Source: Bdellovibrionota bacterium (GTDB lineage Bacteria > Bdellovibrionota_C > UBA2361 > OMII01). From it: 40,736 bases of DNA. The stretch spans positions 1 through 40,736 of the forward strand of contig JBIJBE010000034.1 of NCBI GenBank assembly GCA_044345405.1. Direction: 5' to 3'. How positions within the stretch are numbered: position 1 is the stretch's first letter; each line of letters opens with the position of its first letter. Positions 28,062-37,242 of the stretch are shown piece after piece. The translations under genes and the position numbers were made by a program. The notes beneath the pieces were generated by a model that worked only from the letters and a program-made list of their open reading frames with translations, was not told the DNA's origin and did no database searches.

Positions 28062-31000
28062 ATGGTTGCACTGGCTCCTCCCAAGAATAACCCTCAAGCC
28101 ACTCCCGCTGAGCAGCGTGTGAGTGACGCTCCCGTAGCACCGAGCGTTGACCGTGCTCATATGTTTGAGCGGATGCGCGCCGCCTCTGAAAACGTGGGAA
28201 CGACTCTTCCGACCTCTCAATCCAATCCGTCAACTCCAGCGCAACAACCGGTAAGTCCTGAACGGGCCCTCGAGATCGAGAAGCGAGCTCAGGAGCTCTA
28301 TCGATCGATGCATGGAGGGCTTACGGGATGGGGTACCGAGGAAGAGGCGCTCCTCTCAGCTTTGAAGGACCTATCTCCCGCAGAAACTCGACTCCTGAAA
28401 GAGGTGTACGCGACACGTTTCAATACTCAGCTTGAGAAGGATATTAGGTCCGAACTCTCTGGCTCTGATTTGACGCAAGCGCTTGCCGCGCTTCAAGGGG
28501 ACCGAGCCGTTGAGAAAGCAGCTGCCCTCCATCGAGCGATGGATGGCATTGGCACCGATGAGGCTGCGATTGTAGCGACGCTCTCCTCGCTGAACGCCGA
28601 GGAACAGGTAAAGGTCGCGCACGAGTACAAACAGGCCTACGGTGTGGAGCTCGACACAGCTCTTCGTAGTGAGTTGAGTGGAGACGATCTCGGTCGTGTA
28701 ACCGCTCTTCGGGAAGGTAAACCCCTTACCGCGGCGGCTGTCGAGCTTCATCAAGCGATGGATGGTGTGGGCACTGACCAGGCCGCGATTAACGCCGTCA
28801 TCAAGCGCCTCTCTCCCGAGCAGATGCAAGCCGTCGCCGGGGAGTATCATCAACTATATGGCGCTTCCCTGGAAAGCGCACTTCGGTCTGAGCTCTCCGG
28901 TCACGAGCTGAGTGAGACTATTGCCCGCATGTCTGGAAACGGTACCGCCGCGAAGGTCGCTCAACTGCGGGGTGCTATGGAGGGCATGGGAACATCCGAG
29001 GAGACGATCTTCTCAGCTCTTGATGGTACCACCGACGTGGAGCGCGAGCATCTCAAGAGCGAATTTCTGGCGCAGACGGGAAGCTCTCTCGATGACGCCC
29101 TGAGGAGTGAGCTGTCGGGGACCGACCTTGAGAGAGCGAACGCTCTTCTCGCGCACGGTAAGCTATCTGATGTAGAAAAACTCCGCTTCGCAGTTCAAGG
29201 TTTCGGAACCGATGAGGCTACGATTAAAGAGGTCCTGCGAAACCGATCAAAAGAGGATCTCGCTCTCCTCAAAACTGAGTACGAGGCTCGATACCATGAG
29301 AGTCTAGAGGCTCGCCTCACCGACGAACTCGGGGGTAGCGACCAGTTCAGGGCCCTTCAAGCGTTAAAGGGACGGCCGACGACGGTAGATGAGGCGCTAC
29401 AAAACATGCAGGAGCTTGATGCCTTTGAGCGCTCGGGGATCCTCTCCGGAGTTATCGGGGCGTTCTCCAAGGAGGATGATCGGATTCAGGAACAGTTAGT
29501 GATCGCGCGCTTCGATATTGAAGCCGCCAAGAAGGATGGTGTGATCACCGCCGAAGAGCGAGCCTCAATTGAACGAACACTCCGGTTCGCCGAGGGTAAC
29601 ATCGATGTGCATGTTGAGACCCGGGACGCCATCGCTGACACGGGAGCGACCGTTGCCGCTGTGGCCGCTTCCACCGCCGTCGTGGTTGGAACGGGTGGTC
29701 TCGCCACACCCGGTGTCATCGCAATGGCCGCCGCCACGGGTGGCGTTTCGTACGCGGGTACTAAATACGCCGTGCAGGGACAGGGATATGATGGTGAGAA
29801 TCTCGCCTCCGATATCGGTATCGGCGCGGTCGAGGGAACGGTCACCGCGCTTACAGCTGGAACCGCGGCAGCGGTGAAGAATGCCGCGCAACAAGGCGCT
29901 AAGCAGGTTGTCGCAACGGGCTCGAAGGCCGCGGTCCGTGAGACCGTTGTGGAGAGCGCCGGGTCGACCGTTCAAGACGCGATTCGACCGGACACGTGGG
30001 CGGGTGGTGCAGCCGCTGGGGTCGCCACACTTGCGGCTTCCGCTGTTACGACTGCGGTCACGAGTGGCGCGCTCAATCGAGTGGGGCACGTCAAAGCTGA
30101 AGGTGTGGATGTTGGTGCGCCGCACGGCGCTCATGTGGATGACGTGCACACCCCAGCCCCTCAACCCTCACTCGAGCGCCCCGTGCCTGAAATTCGCTCT
30201 CCACATGTTGCTGCCGAACCGCAGGTAGCAGAGGAGCTGCCAGCAGAGGCGGCGCTTGTCGCGCGTCACCGTGTAGAGGCTCCTCCCGTTTCCACTGAGC
30301 AGTTCCGATTCGCCACAAAGAACCCAAAGGAGTGGGCTCTCGAGCAGGCGACATCCGCGGAGCATCGCGTGGCCAACATGCCCTCTGAGCTCCACGAGGT
30401 TCGGCTCGGCATTCCAGGTCGTGTTCGAACCGCGGCCGAGCTCTCAGACGCCCAGGTCGCGAAGGTGCTCAACGCCCAGCTTAATCACGTTACCGAAAAG
30501 GAGATCGGAGATCTCCTCTCATCCTTTGGCCCTGAGCGAAGAGGGCTCGCCGGAGAGGTTTTGGGTGTTCTATCGCGTACCGGTAATCTCGATGCATTTA
30601 GCGATGTGGCCCAAGAGCTTAGCCGCATCAAGTATGGAGGAACCCCTCTCTACGTCCCTAAGAATGGCGGACTAGCTGACTCGTTAACATACCTCGCCAA
30701 TTGTAAGGGAGTGCTACGAGCGCAGGTTTCGCAGACGACCTCCTCTGATATCACGCCGAGGGCAATTGTGCTGCTCGATAGGGAGATTATGGAGCGTCTG
30801 AAAACGGATGCGTCGTTCGTCAAGCAGCTGTTGAACAACAAGGTAACGCTTGTGCATCCCGTTGGATTCATCGACGGTATTAACCCATTCAACGCGCCTA
30901 CACTTGGAGATGTCCGCGATAAAATGACTCACGTTATGACACGGCTAGAGTCGCTTCGCGCGGCCCATCCCAATTCATCTACAGAGGAGCTGATAGGTCT

Positions 31001-32312
31001 AGTCCTCCGCCAGAATGTGATTAGGGACCTTAAAGGCATAGACGAAGAATTGCTCCAGCGGATTGATTTCCTTTCGCCGACTATCTCAAAGTCAGGTGGT
31101 GATATCTCGGCGATCGTTGCCAATTTGAACGGATCTCCCGGAATGACAGAGGCGGACGTGACAGAGGTTCTTTCGAAGCTTCATGAGTCGTGGCGGCCGT
31201 TAGCGCGCGAGGCTGTCGCGCAATTGAGTGAGGTGCAGAGTCACCGTTCCATGGCGGCTTTGGCTCGAGAGCAATTCGATAAGATCGTGTCGTACGCTCG
31301 CTCCGAGGGGGTCGCCCCTGAAGATATTATTTTTGCGGTTCAGAAAGGTCACCAAAAGAGCTATGGCCTAGCGAACTATATCTTTAAAGAGGCTAACGCC
31401 GGTAAGCTTAGCCCTGGACAGTTCGTGTCCATGGATAATCTAGCGCAGGCCGCGGGGAAGCATGGGGGACGCAAGACCCTTGTTGTGGCTCTTGATGATT
31501 TTTCGGGATCTGGGGTTAGTTTACTCTCCATCACAGATGTTCGTGGAGCTATTCGAACGGCCGTGGGGCCAACGGTGCCGATTGTGTGCGCGCCATACGT
31601 GGCAACTACGAAGGCTTTTGAATTCCTCGAGAATGCGAGGGCAACTGACCCTCAGGTCACCATGATTCCAGGTCGTGTGGTAGCGAGCGCTCATCAATCG
31701 CAGCTCGCTGAAGTGGATAATGGGGCGCTGAAGCCGGCTCTCGATCTGGTCATGGGGTTCAATGGTTTCTCCGGAACAGGAAGTTTCGTTTCATTACCAT
31801 ACATGGGGCCGGATAATAATTGCTCTCTTTTCGGACAGGAATATTTCAACCCGTACTTCATCCTGAATAAAAATAAGGGAGCGGTTAAGACAATCGGTCA
31901 GATGGATTGGCATCCAGGGAGCAACAGCGTGTTCGCCGATGTTGTAGAGCGAGAAATAGGGTTTGCTCGTGGGGACCTCGACAAGGTAGCAGCGATGTCC
32001 CCCCACGAGGGGCTCCGTATGCTTAAGCGGATTGAGGCGCTCACCGTCGCGGCTGAAAAGGTTGGTATCCTCGACGCTTCGCAAGTTAAGATTCAGGCGT
32101 TAGCAAATGATCTCGCGGCGAAGTGTCGAGGCGAGGTGCGTCGAGCGGCGGAGGCGGTTCGAAACGCGCCCAGGGAGGGCGTTTCGCCGCAGTTGCTCTC
32201 CGATCTTGAGGCGGCTCGCGAGCTATCTCGCCGCTTAACGCTTGACGAAATTGAAGAAGCTCCTCGTCACGTAAAAGTCGCTTCAGCAAATAACCTGGGA
32301 GGTGTATTATGA
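28062..32312 (+). CDS. annexin-repeat protein with hydrophobic mid-region and C-terminal PRTase-fold domains (putative polymorphic toxin/effector)
   Basis: Five repeats of the form AMxGxGTDE...L..ELSG (aa ~74-436); Gly/Ala/Thr-rich segment aa ~525-670; PRPP-loop LVVALDDFSGSG at nt 31479-31514; GF...PYMGPDNN. Confidence 0.85.
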   Translation: MVALAPPKNNPQATPAEQRVSDAPVAPSVDRAHMFERMRAASENVGTTLPTSQSNPSTPAQQPVSPERALEIEKRAQELYRSMHGGLTGWGTEEEALLSALKDLSPAETRLLKEVYATRFNTQLEKDIRSELSGSDLTQALAALQGDRAVEKAAALHRAMDGIGTDEAAIVATLSSLNAEEQVKVAHEYKQAYGVELDTALRSELSGDDLGRVTALREGKPLTAAAVELHQAMDGVGTDQAAINAVIKRLSPEQMQAVAGEYHQLYGASLESALRSELSGHELSETIARMSGNGTAAKVAQLRGAMEGMGTSEETIFSALDGTTDVEREHLKSEFLAQTGSSLDDALRSELSGTDLERANALLAHGKLSDVEKLRFAVQGFGTDEATIKEVLRNRSKEDLALLKTEYEARYHESLEARLTDELGGSDQFRALQALKGRPTTVDEALQNMQELDAFERSGILSGVIGAFSKEDDRIQEQLVIARFDIEAAKKDGVITAEERASIERTLRFAEGNIDVHVETRDAIADTGATVAAVAASTAVVVGTGGLATPGVIAMAAATGGVSYAGTKYAVQGQGYDGENLASDIGIGAVEGTVTALTAGTAAAVKNAAQQGAKQVVATGSKAAVRETVVESAGSTVQDAIRPDTWAGGAAAGVATLAASAVTTAVTSGALNRVGHVKAEGVDVGAPHGAHVDDVHTPAPQPSLERPVPEIRSPHVAAEPQVAEELPAEAALVARHRVEAPPVSTEQFRFATKNPKEWALEQATSAEHRVANMPSELHEVRLGIPGRVRTAAELSDAQVAKVLNAQLNHVTEKEIGDLLSSFGPERRGLAGEVLGVLSRTGNLDAFSDVAQELSRIKYGGTPLYVPKNGGLADSLTYLANCKGVLRAQVSQTTSSDITPRAIVLLDREIMERLKTDASFVKQLLNNKVTLVHPVGFIDGINPFNAPTLGDVRDKMTHVMTRLESLRAAHPNSSTEELIGLVLRQNVIRDLKGIDEELLQRIDFLSPTISKSGGDISAIVANLNGSPGMTEADVTEVLSKLHESWRPLAREAVAQLSEVQSHRSMAALAREQFDKIVSYARSEGVAPEDIIFAVQKGHQKSYGLANYIFKEANAGKLSPGQFVSMDNLAQAAGKHGGRKTLVVALDDFSGSGVSLLSITDVRGAIRTAVGPTVPIVCAPYVATTKAFEFLENARATDPQVTMIPGRVVASAHQSQLAEVDNGALKPALDLVMGFNGFSGTGSFVSLPYMGPDNNCSLFGQEYFNPYFILNKNKGAVKTIGQMDWHPGSNSVFADVVEREIGFARGDLDKVAAMSPHEGLRMLKRIEALTVAAEKVGILDASQVKIQALANDLAAKCRGEVRRAAEAVRNAPREGVSPQLLSDLEAARELSRRLTLDEIEEAPRHVKVASANNLGGVL

Positions 32313-32908
32313 AACCCACAACTCAACAGGCCAAAGATACCTGGAAGGATGACAGTATGAAACTTGTAACCGGAAACCGATTTGACGCTGTCGTGGATCA
32401 GATCAAGGCCGCGTCTTCTTATAAGGAAGTTGATGCCGTATTGGCGCCGTTTCGGCCGGGGCCTGAGAATGTGTCAGTGGTAGGAGAGTACCGTCTCGAG
32501 TTCGGCACCTTAACCAATTTGCAACGGGAGTACGACGGTCTCATGAGAGTGCAACCTCTGAATCTCAGTTCGGCGCCGCGGGTTGTTGAGCTGCTTAAAA
32601 AAGATGAGTGGTACGGTGTCTTGATAACGAAACTTGATGGTGTTCGTGACGCGGAGCTTCGTAATGAGGCGTTCGGCGCGGGCACACCCCTCACAACCGA
32701 CGAGGTTCGAGCGGCGCTCAGATCGGACGTGGCGAAGCTTCGGAGCGCTGGTATGTGGAATCATGCCTTCGAGCGAGGGGGATGTTGGTATTTAAACCCC
32801 GAGACGAAGAGGGTGGTGATCTCACCGTGGTTCCCCGTTGCCGCAACGGATCCAAAAACGCTCGACGAGGGATGTGAGCAGGTGTTGAGGATGATCGATC
32901 ATGCCTAA
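32309..32908 (+). CDS. hypothetical protein, degenerate kinase-like fold
   Basis: ATGA overlap and GGAGG SD. REYDGL..V...APRVV...VLITKLDG and AKLRSAGMWNH...WYLN...VVISPW parallel APH/Kdo-kinase patterns without catalytic Asps. Confidence 0.6.
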   Translation: MKPTTQQAKDTWKDDSMKLVTGNRFDAVVDQIKAASSYKEVDAVLAPFRPGPENVSVVGEYRLEFGTLTNLQREYDGLMRVQPLNLSSAPRVVELLKKDEWYGVLITKLDGVRDAELRNEAFGAGTPLTTDEVRAALRSDVAKLRSAGMWNHAFERGGCWYLNPETKRVVISPWFPVAATDPKTLDEGCEQVLRMIDHA

Positions 32909-33914
32909 TCCGAAATCCGAGGAGCCTTCCAACATTCCGCCTTCTCTCCAACCGGAGGCATCGCTCGATAACGTGCACGCGGAGGAGCGTCGCCTCGCCA
33001 CCGCTGGAAGCTCGATGATGGTAGGTCTCGCGCTCGGAGACGCTCTTGGATGGCCGACTGAATTTAAAAGCATGCGCGATATTCACGCCCGGTTTGGCGC
33101 GCTCGGAATTCAGGAGCCTCCCGACCCAGCGATATTCACTGACGATACGCAAATGACGATCGCCGTTGCCCGCGCCGTGATCGCTCATCCACGCGCCGAT
33201 GTGGCGGTTCTCATGGAGCGGATGGCTAAGGAGTTCGTGGAGTGGGGATTAAGTGAGGACAACAATCGAGCCCCTGGCCTCAGCTGTATGGGCGGGGTTC
33301 GACAATTGGCTCGTGGTGTCTCATGGGAGCGCTCCGGAGGTCTTGACGCGCAAGGGTGTGGCTCTGCGATGCGGGTTGCGCCGATCGGATTTGTCTATCA
33401 GGACGATCCGCAGCGACTTCGCGCGGTAGCTATCGCCTCATCGTTGCCAACCCACAGACACGCCTCAGCGATCGCTTCCGCCGTTGCTGCCGCCTACCTT
33501 GTTAAGCTCGCCCTCGATGGCGTTGATCCGGCAGAGATGTCTGCGCGGTTGGCGTCCTTTGTTGGTGGTATGTCCACCGAATTTGATACGACGCTCGCTA
33601 CTATGAATTCGGTCCTCGACTGGAAGGATGAGGTCGCCGCTATGGATAGGATTGGCGCCGGGTGGGTAGGATATGAGGCCGTTCCCCTTGCGCTCTATTG
33701 CGTCATCAAGAATCCCGAGAGTTGGGTCGATACCGTCCGACGTGGCGCCAACTTCGCGGGAGATAGCGATTCCATCGCCTCGATAGCGGGGGGGATTCAA
33801 GCGTTGCGACTCGGCGCAGACTCGATCCCCCGGGACTGGATCTCGCGGTTGGAGCGTCGAACGGAGCTCGAGCACCTTGGTTCTCAACTCGCCGAGGTAA
33901 GGTCGGTTGCGTAA
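32901..33914 (+). CDS. ADP-ribosylglycohydrolase (ARH/DraG family)
   Basis: GLALGDALG, FTDDTQMT, GCGSAMRVAP, TH, GDSDSIASIAG. Confidence 0.94.
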   Translation: MPNPKSEEPSNIPPSLQPEASLDNVHAEERRLATAGSSMMVGLALGDALGWPTEFKSMRDIHARFGALGIQEPPDPAIFTDDTQMTIAVARAVIAHPRADVAVLMERMAKEFVEWGLSEDNNRAPGLSCMGGVRQLARGVSWERSGGLDAQGCGSAMRVAPIGFVYQDDPQRLRAVAIASSLPTHRHASAIASAVAAAYLVKLALDGVDPAEMSARLASFVGGMSTEFDTTLATMNSVLDWKDEVAAMDRIGAGWVGYEAVPLALYCVIKNPESWVDTVRRGANFAGDSDSIASIAGGIQALRLGADSIPRDWISRLERRTELEHLGSQLAEVRSVA

Positions 33915-33928
33915 CGTCGTGACTGATG

Positions 33929-34203
33929 CTGAGGTATCCCCACAAATTTGAGCATGTAATCGTTTCGACTGCCTCGACCTTGAAGTTCAATTAATTGGAA
34001 GGGCCCGACTCCAGGCGGGCCGTATCATTCCCGAACAACGACATCTCATCAAAAGGGGCGTTATCATACGGCCCGCCTGGAGTCGGGCCCTACGGGTACG
34101 CTACGGTAAAAAATGCGCGACATGTGAATCGTTTATCTGCACCGCTATGTATAACTCGCACCAACAATTGAGAATTATCCGATAGTTTGTGGGGATACCT
34201 CAG
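33929..34203. mobile_element. MITE-like element with 18-bp terminal inverted repeats enclosing a REP doublet
   Basis: CTGAGGTATCCCCACAAA (33929-33946) and TTTGTGGGGATACCTCAG (34186-34203) form a perfect inverted pair. Confidence 0.6.
33998..34093. repeat. REP doublet (REPIN-like), copy 2, inverted relative to copy 1
   Basis: GAAGGGCCCGACTCCAGGCGGGCCGT ... ACGGCCCGCCTGGAGTCGGGCCCTAC. The reverse complement aligns with 17696-17792 including the spacer (ATGATAACGCCC). Confidence 0.87.
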
Positions 34204-34227
34204 TGACTGACACGAGTTTTATGCGGT

Positions 34228-35202
34228 ATGTTTCCGTTCATGGCCCGCCGTCGACAATCAATTATCACAACCCTGAAGCAACGGATCCCCAAAGGGGAGC
34301 GGGTGCTGGTCGCGTTATCCGGCGGCAAGGACTCATCGGTACTCTTGCACGGGCTCCTCAAGGTACGAAGGCTCCTCGATATCCATGTCGAGGCGTGTCA
34401 CGTTGACCACGGCCTCCGAAAAGAGAGTGGAGAGGATGCCGCGTTTGTCAGTCAGATGTGCGAGAAGCTCGGCGTGGTATGCCACGTCGTTCGGCTCGGG
34501 AAGCGTCCCGCGCAGTCTAATATGGAAGCGTGGGCGAGGGCGGAGCGGTATCGAGCGCTGAAAGAGGTGATGGAGCGGGAGAGCTTGAGCCTCCTTGTGA
34601 CCGCGCATAACGCCAACGACGTCGCCGAAACCCTTCTCATGAGGCTCTTCGCGAATAAGGAGCTCACCACTATTGAGGAGAGCGACCGGCGTCGTCGGTG
34701 CCTCCGACCCCTGCTTGGGGTGTCACGCGAGCAGATTGAGGAGTTTGTGACCGAGAACAGGGTACCCTTCGTTGAGGATCCATCCAACGCGGACACCGCC
34801 ATGGTTCGCAACCGAGTTCGAAAAAAGGTACTCCCCCTCCTTGAGCGTGAGTTCGACCCCTCAATGGTATGGATCCTATCCGAGCGAGCGCAGTCGATCG
34901 CGGCGGATTGTGAGGCGCTCCAATACGTTGCGGAAGGTGTGGTCGACCGTATCGGAGGGGTGGTCTTCAAGGATAGGGCGTGGCTTGAGCGGTGCCGGAA
35001 GGAGTTGGCTCCTCTCCCTTATGCAATTAAGTGGCGGGTAGCCCAGGTGCTCTTTACCCCTATTCTTGGTCACACCGTCGGGGAACCCCGTGCCCGCGCG
35101 CTCGTGCTGTTCCTTGAGGGGGCTCAGCAGAGCCTTGACCTTGGGGGTGGTACGGTACTTGTCACAGCCAAAGGGGCACCGGGAATTAACCTTCGATCCT
35201 AA
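34228..35202 (+). CDS. tilS: tRNA(Ile)-lysidine synthetase
   Basis: VALSGGKDS PP-loop, HVDHGLR, ARAERY, TAHNANDVAET, RPLL, EDPSN, RNRVR. Confidence 0.95.
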   Translation: MFPFMARRRQSIITTLKQRIPKGERVLVALSGGKDSSVLLHGLLKVRRLLDIHVEACHVDHGLRKESGEDAAFVSQMCEKLGVVCHVVRLGKRPAQSNMEAWARAERYRALKEVMERESLSLLVTAHNANDVAETLLMRLFANKELTTIEESDRRRRCLRPLLGVSREQIEEFVTENRVPFVEDPSNADTAMVRNRVRKKVLPLLEREFDPSMVWILSERAQSIAADCEALQYVAEGVVDRIGGVVFKDRAWLERCRKELAPLPYAIKWRVAQVLFTPILGHTVGEPRARALVLFLEGAQQSLDLGGGTVLVTAKGAPGINLRS

Positions 35203-35282
35203 GGTTGTCGGAAGCCCTATACTGAGTAATAATAGAGCGACTTTATTGCGATTTCCGCACAGCAAGGTTTGGAGATTGAGCG

Positions 35283-37166
35283 GTGACAAGAAACGGTGTC
35301 TTTTGGCTCGGAATTATTCTTCTCGTTTTCACAGTCTACAGTGTAGCCAAGAACAAGTCTGATCTAACTACGGAGTTGTCCTACAGCGAGTTCCTTCAGG
35401 AGGTCGATAAGCACAATGTGCGGACCGTCCGGATTGAGGGCACGACTCTTTTTGGCGAGTATCGGGTTAAGGACTCGCAGTTTGAGCGGTTCCACACGAC
35501 CCTTCCAAAGGATGATACCCTCATCCCTAACCTCGTAAAAAACGGGGTTGATATTAAGGTGAACGAGCCGGCGGATCAGTCCTCCTACCTCTTTTTCTTA
35601 ATGAACGCGTTACCGATGATCCTCTTACTGGTTATCGGTTTCACCTTCTGGCGCCAGATGCAGATGGGGGCTGGCAAGGGGATGAGCTTCGGTAAGTCGA
35701 GAGCGAAACTTCTCACCGAGAGTCAGCAGAAGGTTACCTTCGCCGATGTCGCGGGTATCGATGAGGCTCGCTCAGAGCTTGAGGAGATCATCGAATTCCT
35801 TAAAGACCCCAAGAAGTTTACCCGTCTCGGTGGACGTATCCCGAAGGGAGTGCTCCTCGTTGGCTCTCCTGGAACAGGAAAGACCCTCCTGGCGAAAGCT
35901 ATCGCTGGTGAGGCCGGCGTTCCGTTCTTCAGTATCTCCGGTTCCGATTTCGTGGAGATGTTCGTTGGTGTGGGCGCGTCCCGTGTTCGAGACCTCTTCA
36001 TCCAAGGAAAGAAGAACGCTCCATGTATCATCTTCATCGATGAGATCGACGCCGTCGGTCGCCACCGTGGCGCCGGCATGGGTGGCGGTCACGACGAGCG
36101 AGAGCAGACCCTCAACCAACTTCTTGTGGAGATGGACGGGTTTGAGAGCAACGAGGGCGTTATCCTTATCGCCGCCACCAACCGTCCAGACGTGCTCGAC
36201 CCGGCGCTCATGCGTCCAGGTCGTTTCGACCGACGTGTTGTTGTGTCCCGTCCCGACCTCAACGGTCGTCTCGGAATCCTCAAGGTTCATACCAAGAAGG
36301 TTCCGCTCGCGGACGATGTTGATCTCAACGTGGTGGCTCGTGGAACCCCAGGGTTCTCCGGAGCGGATCTTGAGATCTTAGTGAACGAGGCAGCGCTGTA
36401 CGCCGCTCGGCACAACAAGTCGCTCGTTGGTCGCTCCGATTTTGAGTACGCCAAGGACAAGGTGATGATGGGGGCGGAGCGTCGCTCGATGCTCCTCTCA
36501 GAGAAAGAGAAGCTCACAACGGCGTACCATGAATCCGGTCATGCGCTTGTGGCGAAGAAGCTCGCGCACGCCGACCCCGTTCACAAGTTGACGATCGTGC
36601 CACGTGGTATGGCGCTCGGCTTGATGCAGCAACTTCCAGAGAACGATCGACACACCTACTCGCGATCGTATTGGATGGATCAGCTCGCGGTGTTCTTCGG
36701 TGGACGTGTGGCTGAAGAGCTCGTCTTCCAAGAGATGAATACGGGCGCAAGTTCCGATATTCAGCGCGCCACAGACATCGCTCGCCGCATGGTATGTGAG
36801 TGGGGTATGAGCGACAAGCTCGGACCGATTCACTACAACAGCAAAGAGGAACACGTATTCCTCGGCCGAGAGATCGGTAAGCCTCGCGAGCACTCCGAGG
36901 CCGTGCAGTGTGAGATCGATGAGGAGGTGAAGCGCATTCTCTCTGGTCAGTACGAGGTGGCGAAGAAGGTCATCACTGAGAATCTCGAGACACTTCACTC
37001 CCTCGCTAAGGCGGTGGTTGAGAAGGAGACCCTCGACGCCGACGATATTGACCGCATCTTGCGAGGCGAGGGGTTCTCTCCCGGACCGCAAGGTGGTCCA
37101 GGTGGACCTCAAGGGTCTGAGGGTGGGTCCGAGTCCTCAGGTTCCGGAGTCTCGGTAGCGGCGTAG
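35283..37166 (+). CDS. ftsH: ATP-dependent zinc metalloprotease FtsH
   Basis: Two TM helices, [34 protein letters not shown] zinc motif. Confidence 0.98.
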   Translation: MTRNGVFWLGIILLVFTVYSVAKNKSDLTTELSYSEFLQEVDKHNVRTVRIEGTTLFGEYRVKDSQFERFHTTLPKDDTLIPNLVKNGVDIKVNEPADQSSYLFFLMNALPMILLLVIGFTFWRQMQMGAGKGMSFGKSRAKLLTESQQKVTFADVAGIDEARSELEEIIEFLKDPKKFTRLGGRIPKGVLLVGSPGTGKTLLAKAIAGEAGVPFFSISGSDFVEMFVGVGASRVRDLFIQGKKNAPCIIFIDEIDAVGRHRGAGMGGGHDEREQTLNQLLVEMDGFESNEGVILIAATNRPDVLDPALMRPGRFDRRVVVSRPDLNGRLGILKVHTKKVPLADDVDLNVVARGTPGFSGADLEILVNEAALYAARHNKSLVGRSDFEYAKDKVMMGAERRSMLLSEKEKLTTAYHESGHALVAKKLAHADPVHKLTIVPRGMALGLMQQLPENDRHTYSRSYWMDQLAVFFGGRVAEELVFQEMNTGASSDIQRATDIARRMVCEWGMSDKLGPIHYNSKEEHVFLGREIGKPREHSEAVQCEIDEEVKRILSGQYEVAKKVITENLETLHSLAKAVVEKETLDADDIDRILRGEGFSPGPQGGPGGPQGSEGGSESSGSGVSVAA

Positions 37167-37202
37167 CCACACGGCCTCACCGCGTTGATAGGAGTTTTCA
37201 GT

Positions 37203-37227
37203 AGAGCGGACGCCTCGCGTCCGCTCT
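37203..37227. terminator. 11-bp hairpin between ftsH and cdaA (terminator or solitary GTAG-type REP)
   Basis: AGAGCGGACGC-CTC-GCGTCCGCTCT, starting within GTAG; no clean U-tract. Confidence 0.45.
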
Positions 37228-37242
37228 CACATTTGTGAAGCT

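Noticed and set aside
31479-31514. Housekeeping salvage PRTase or ComF assignment
   Set aside because: The motif lies at the end of a 1416-aa annexin-containing protein, and the surrounding sequence does not resemble those families.
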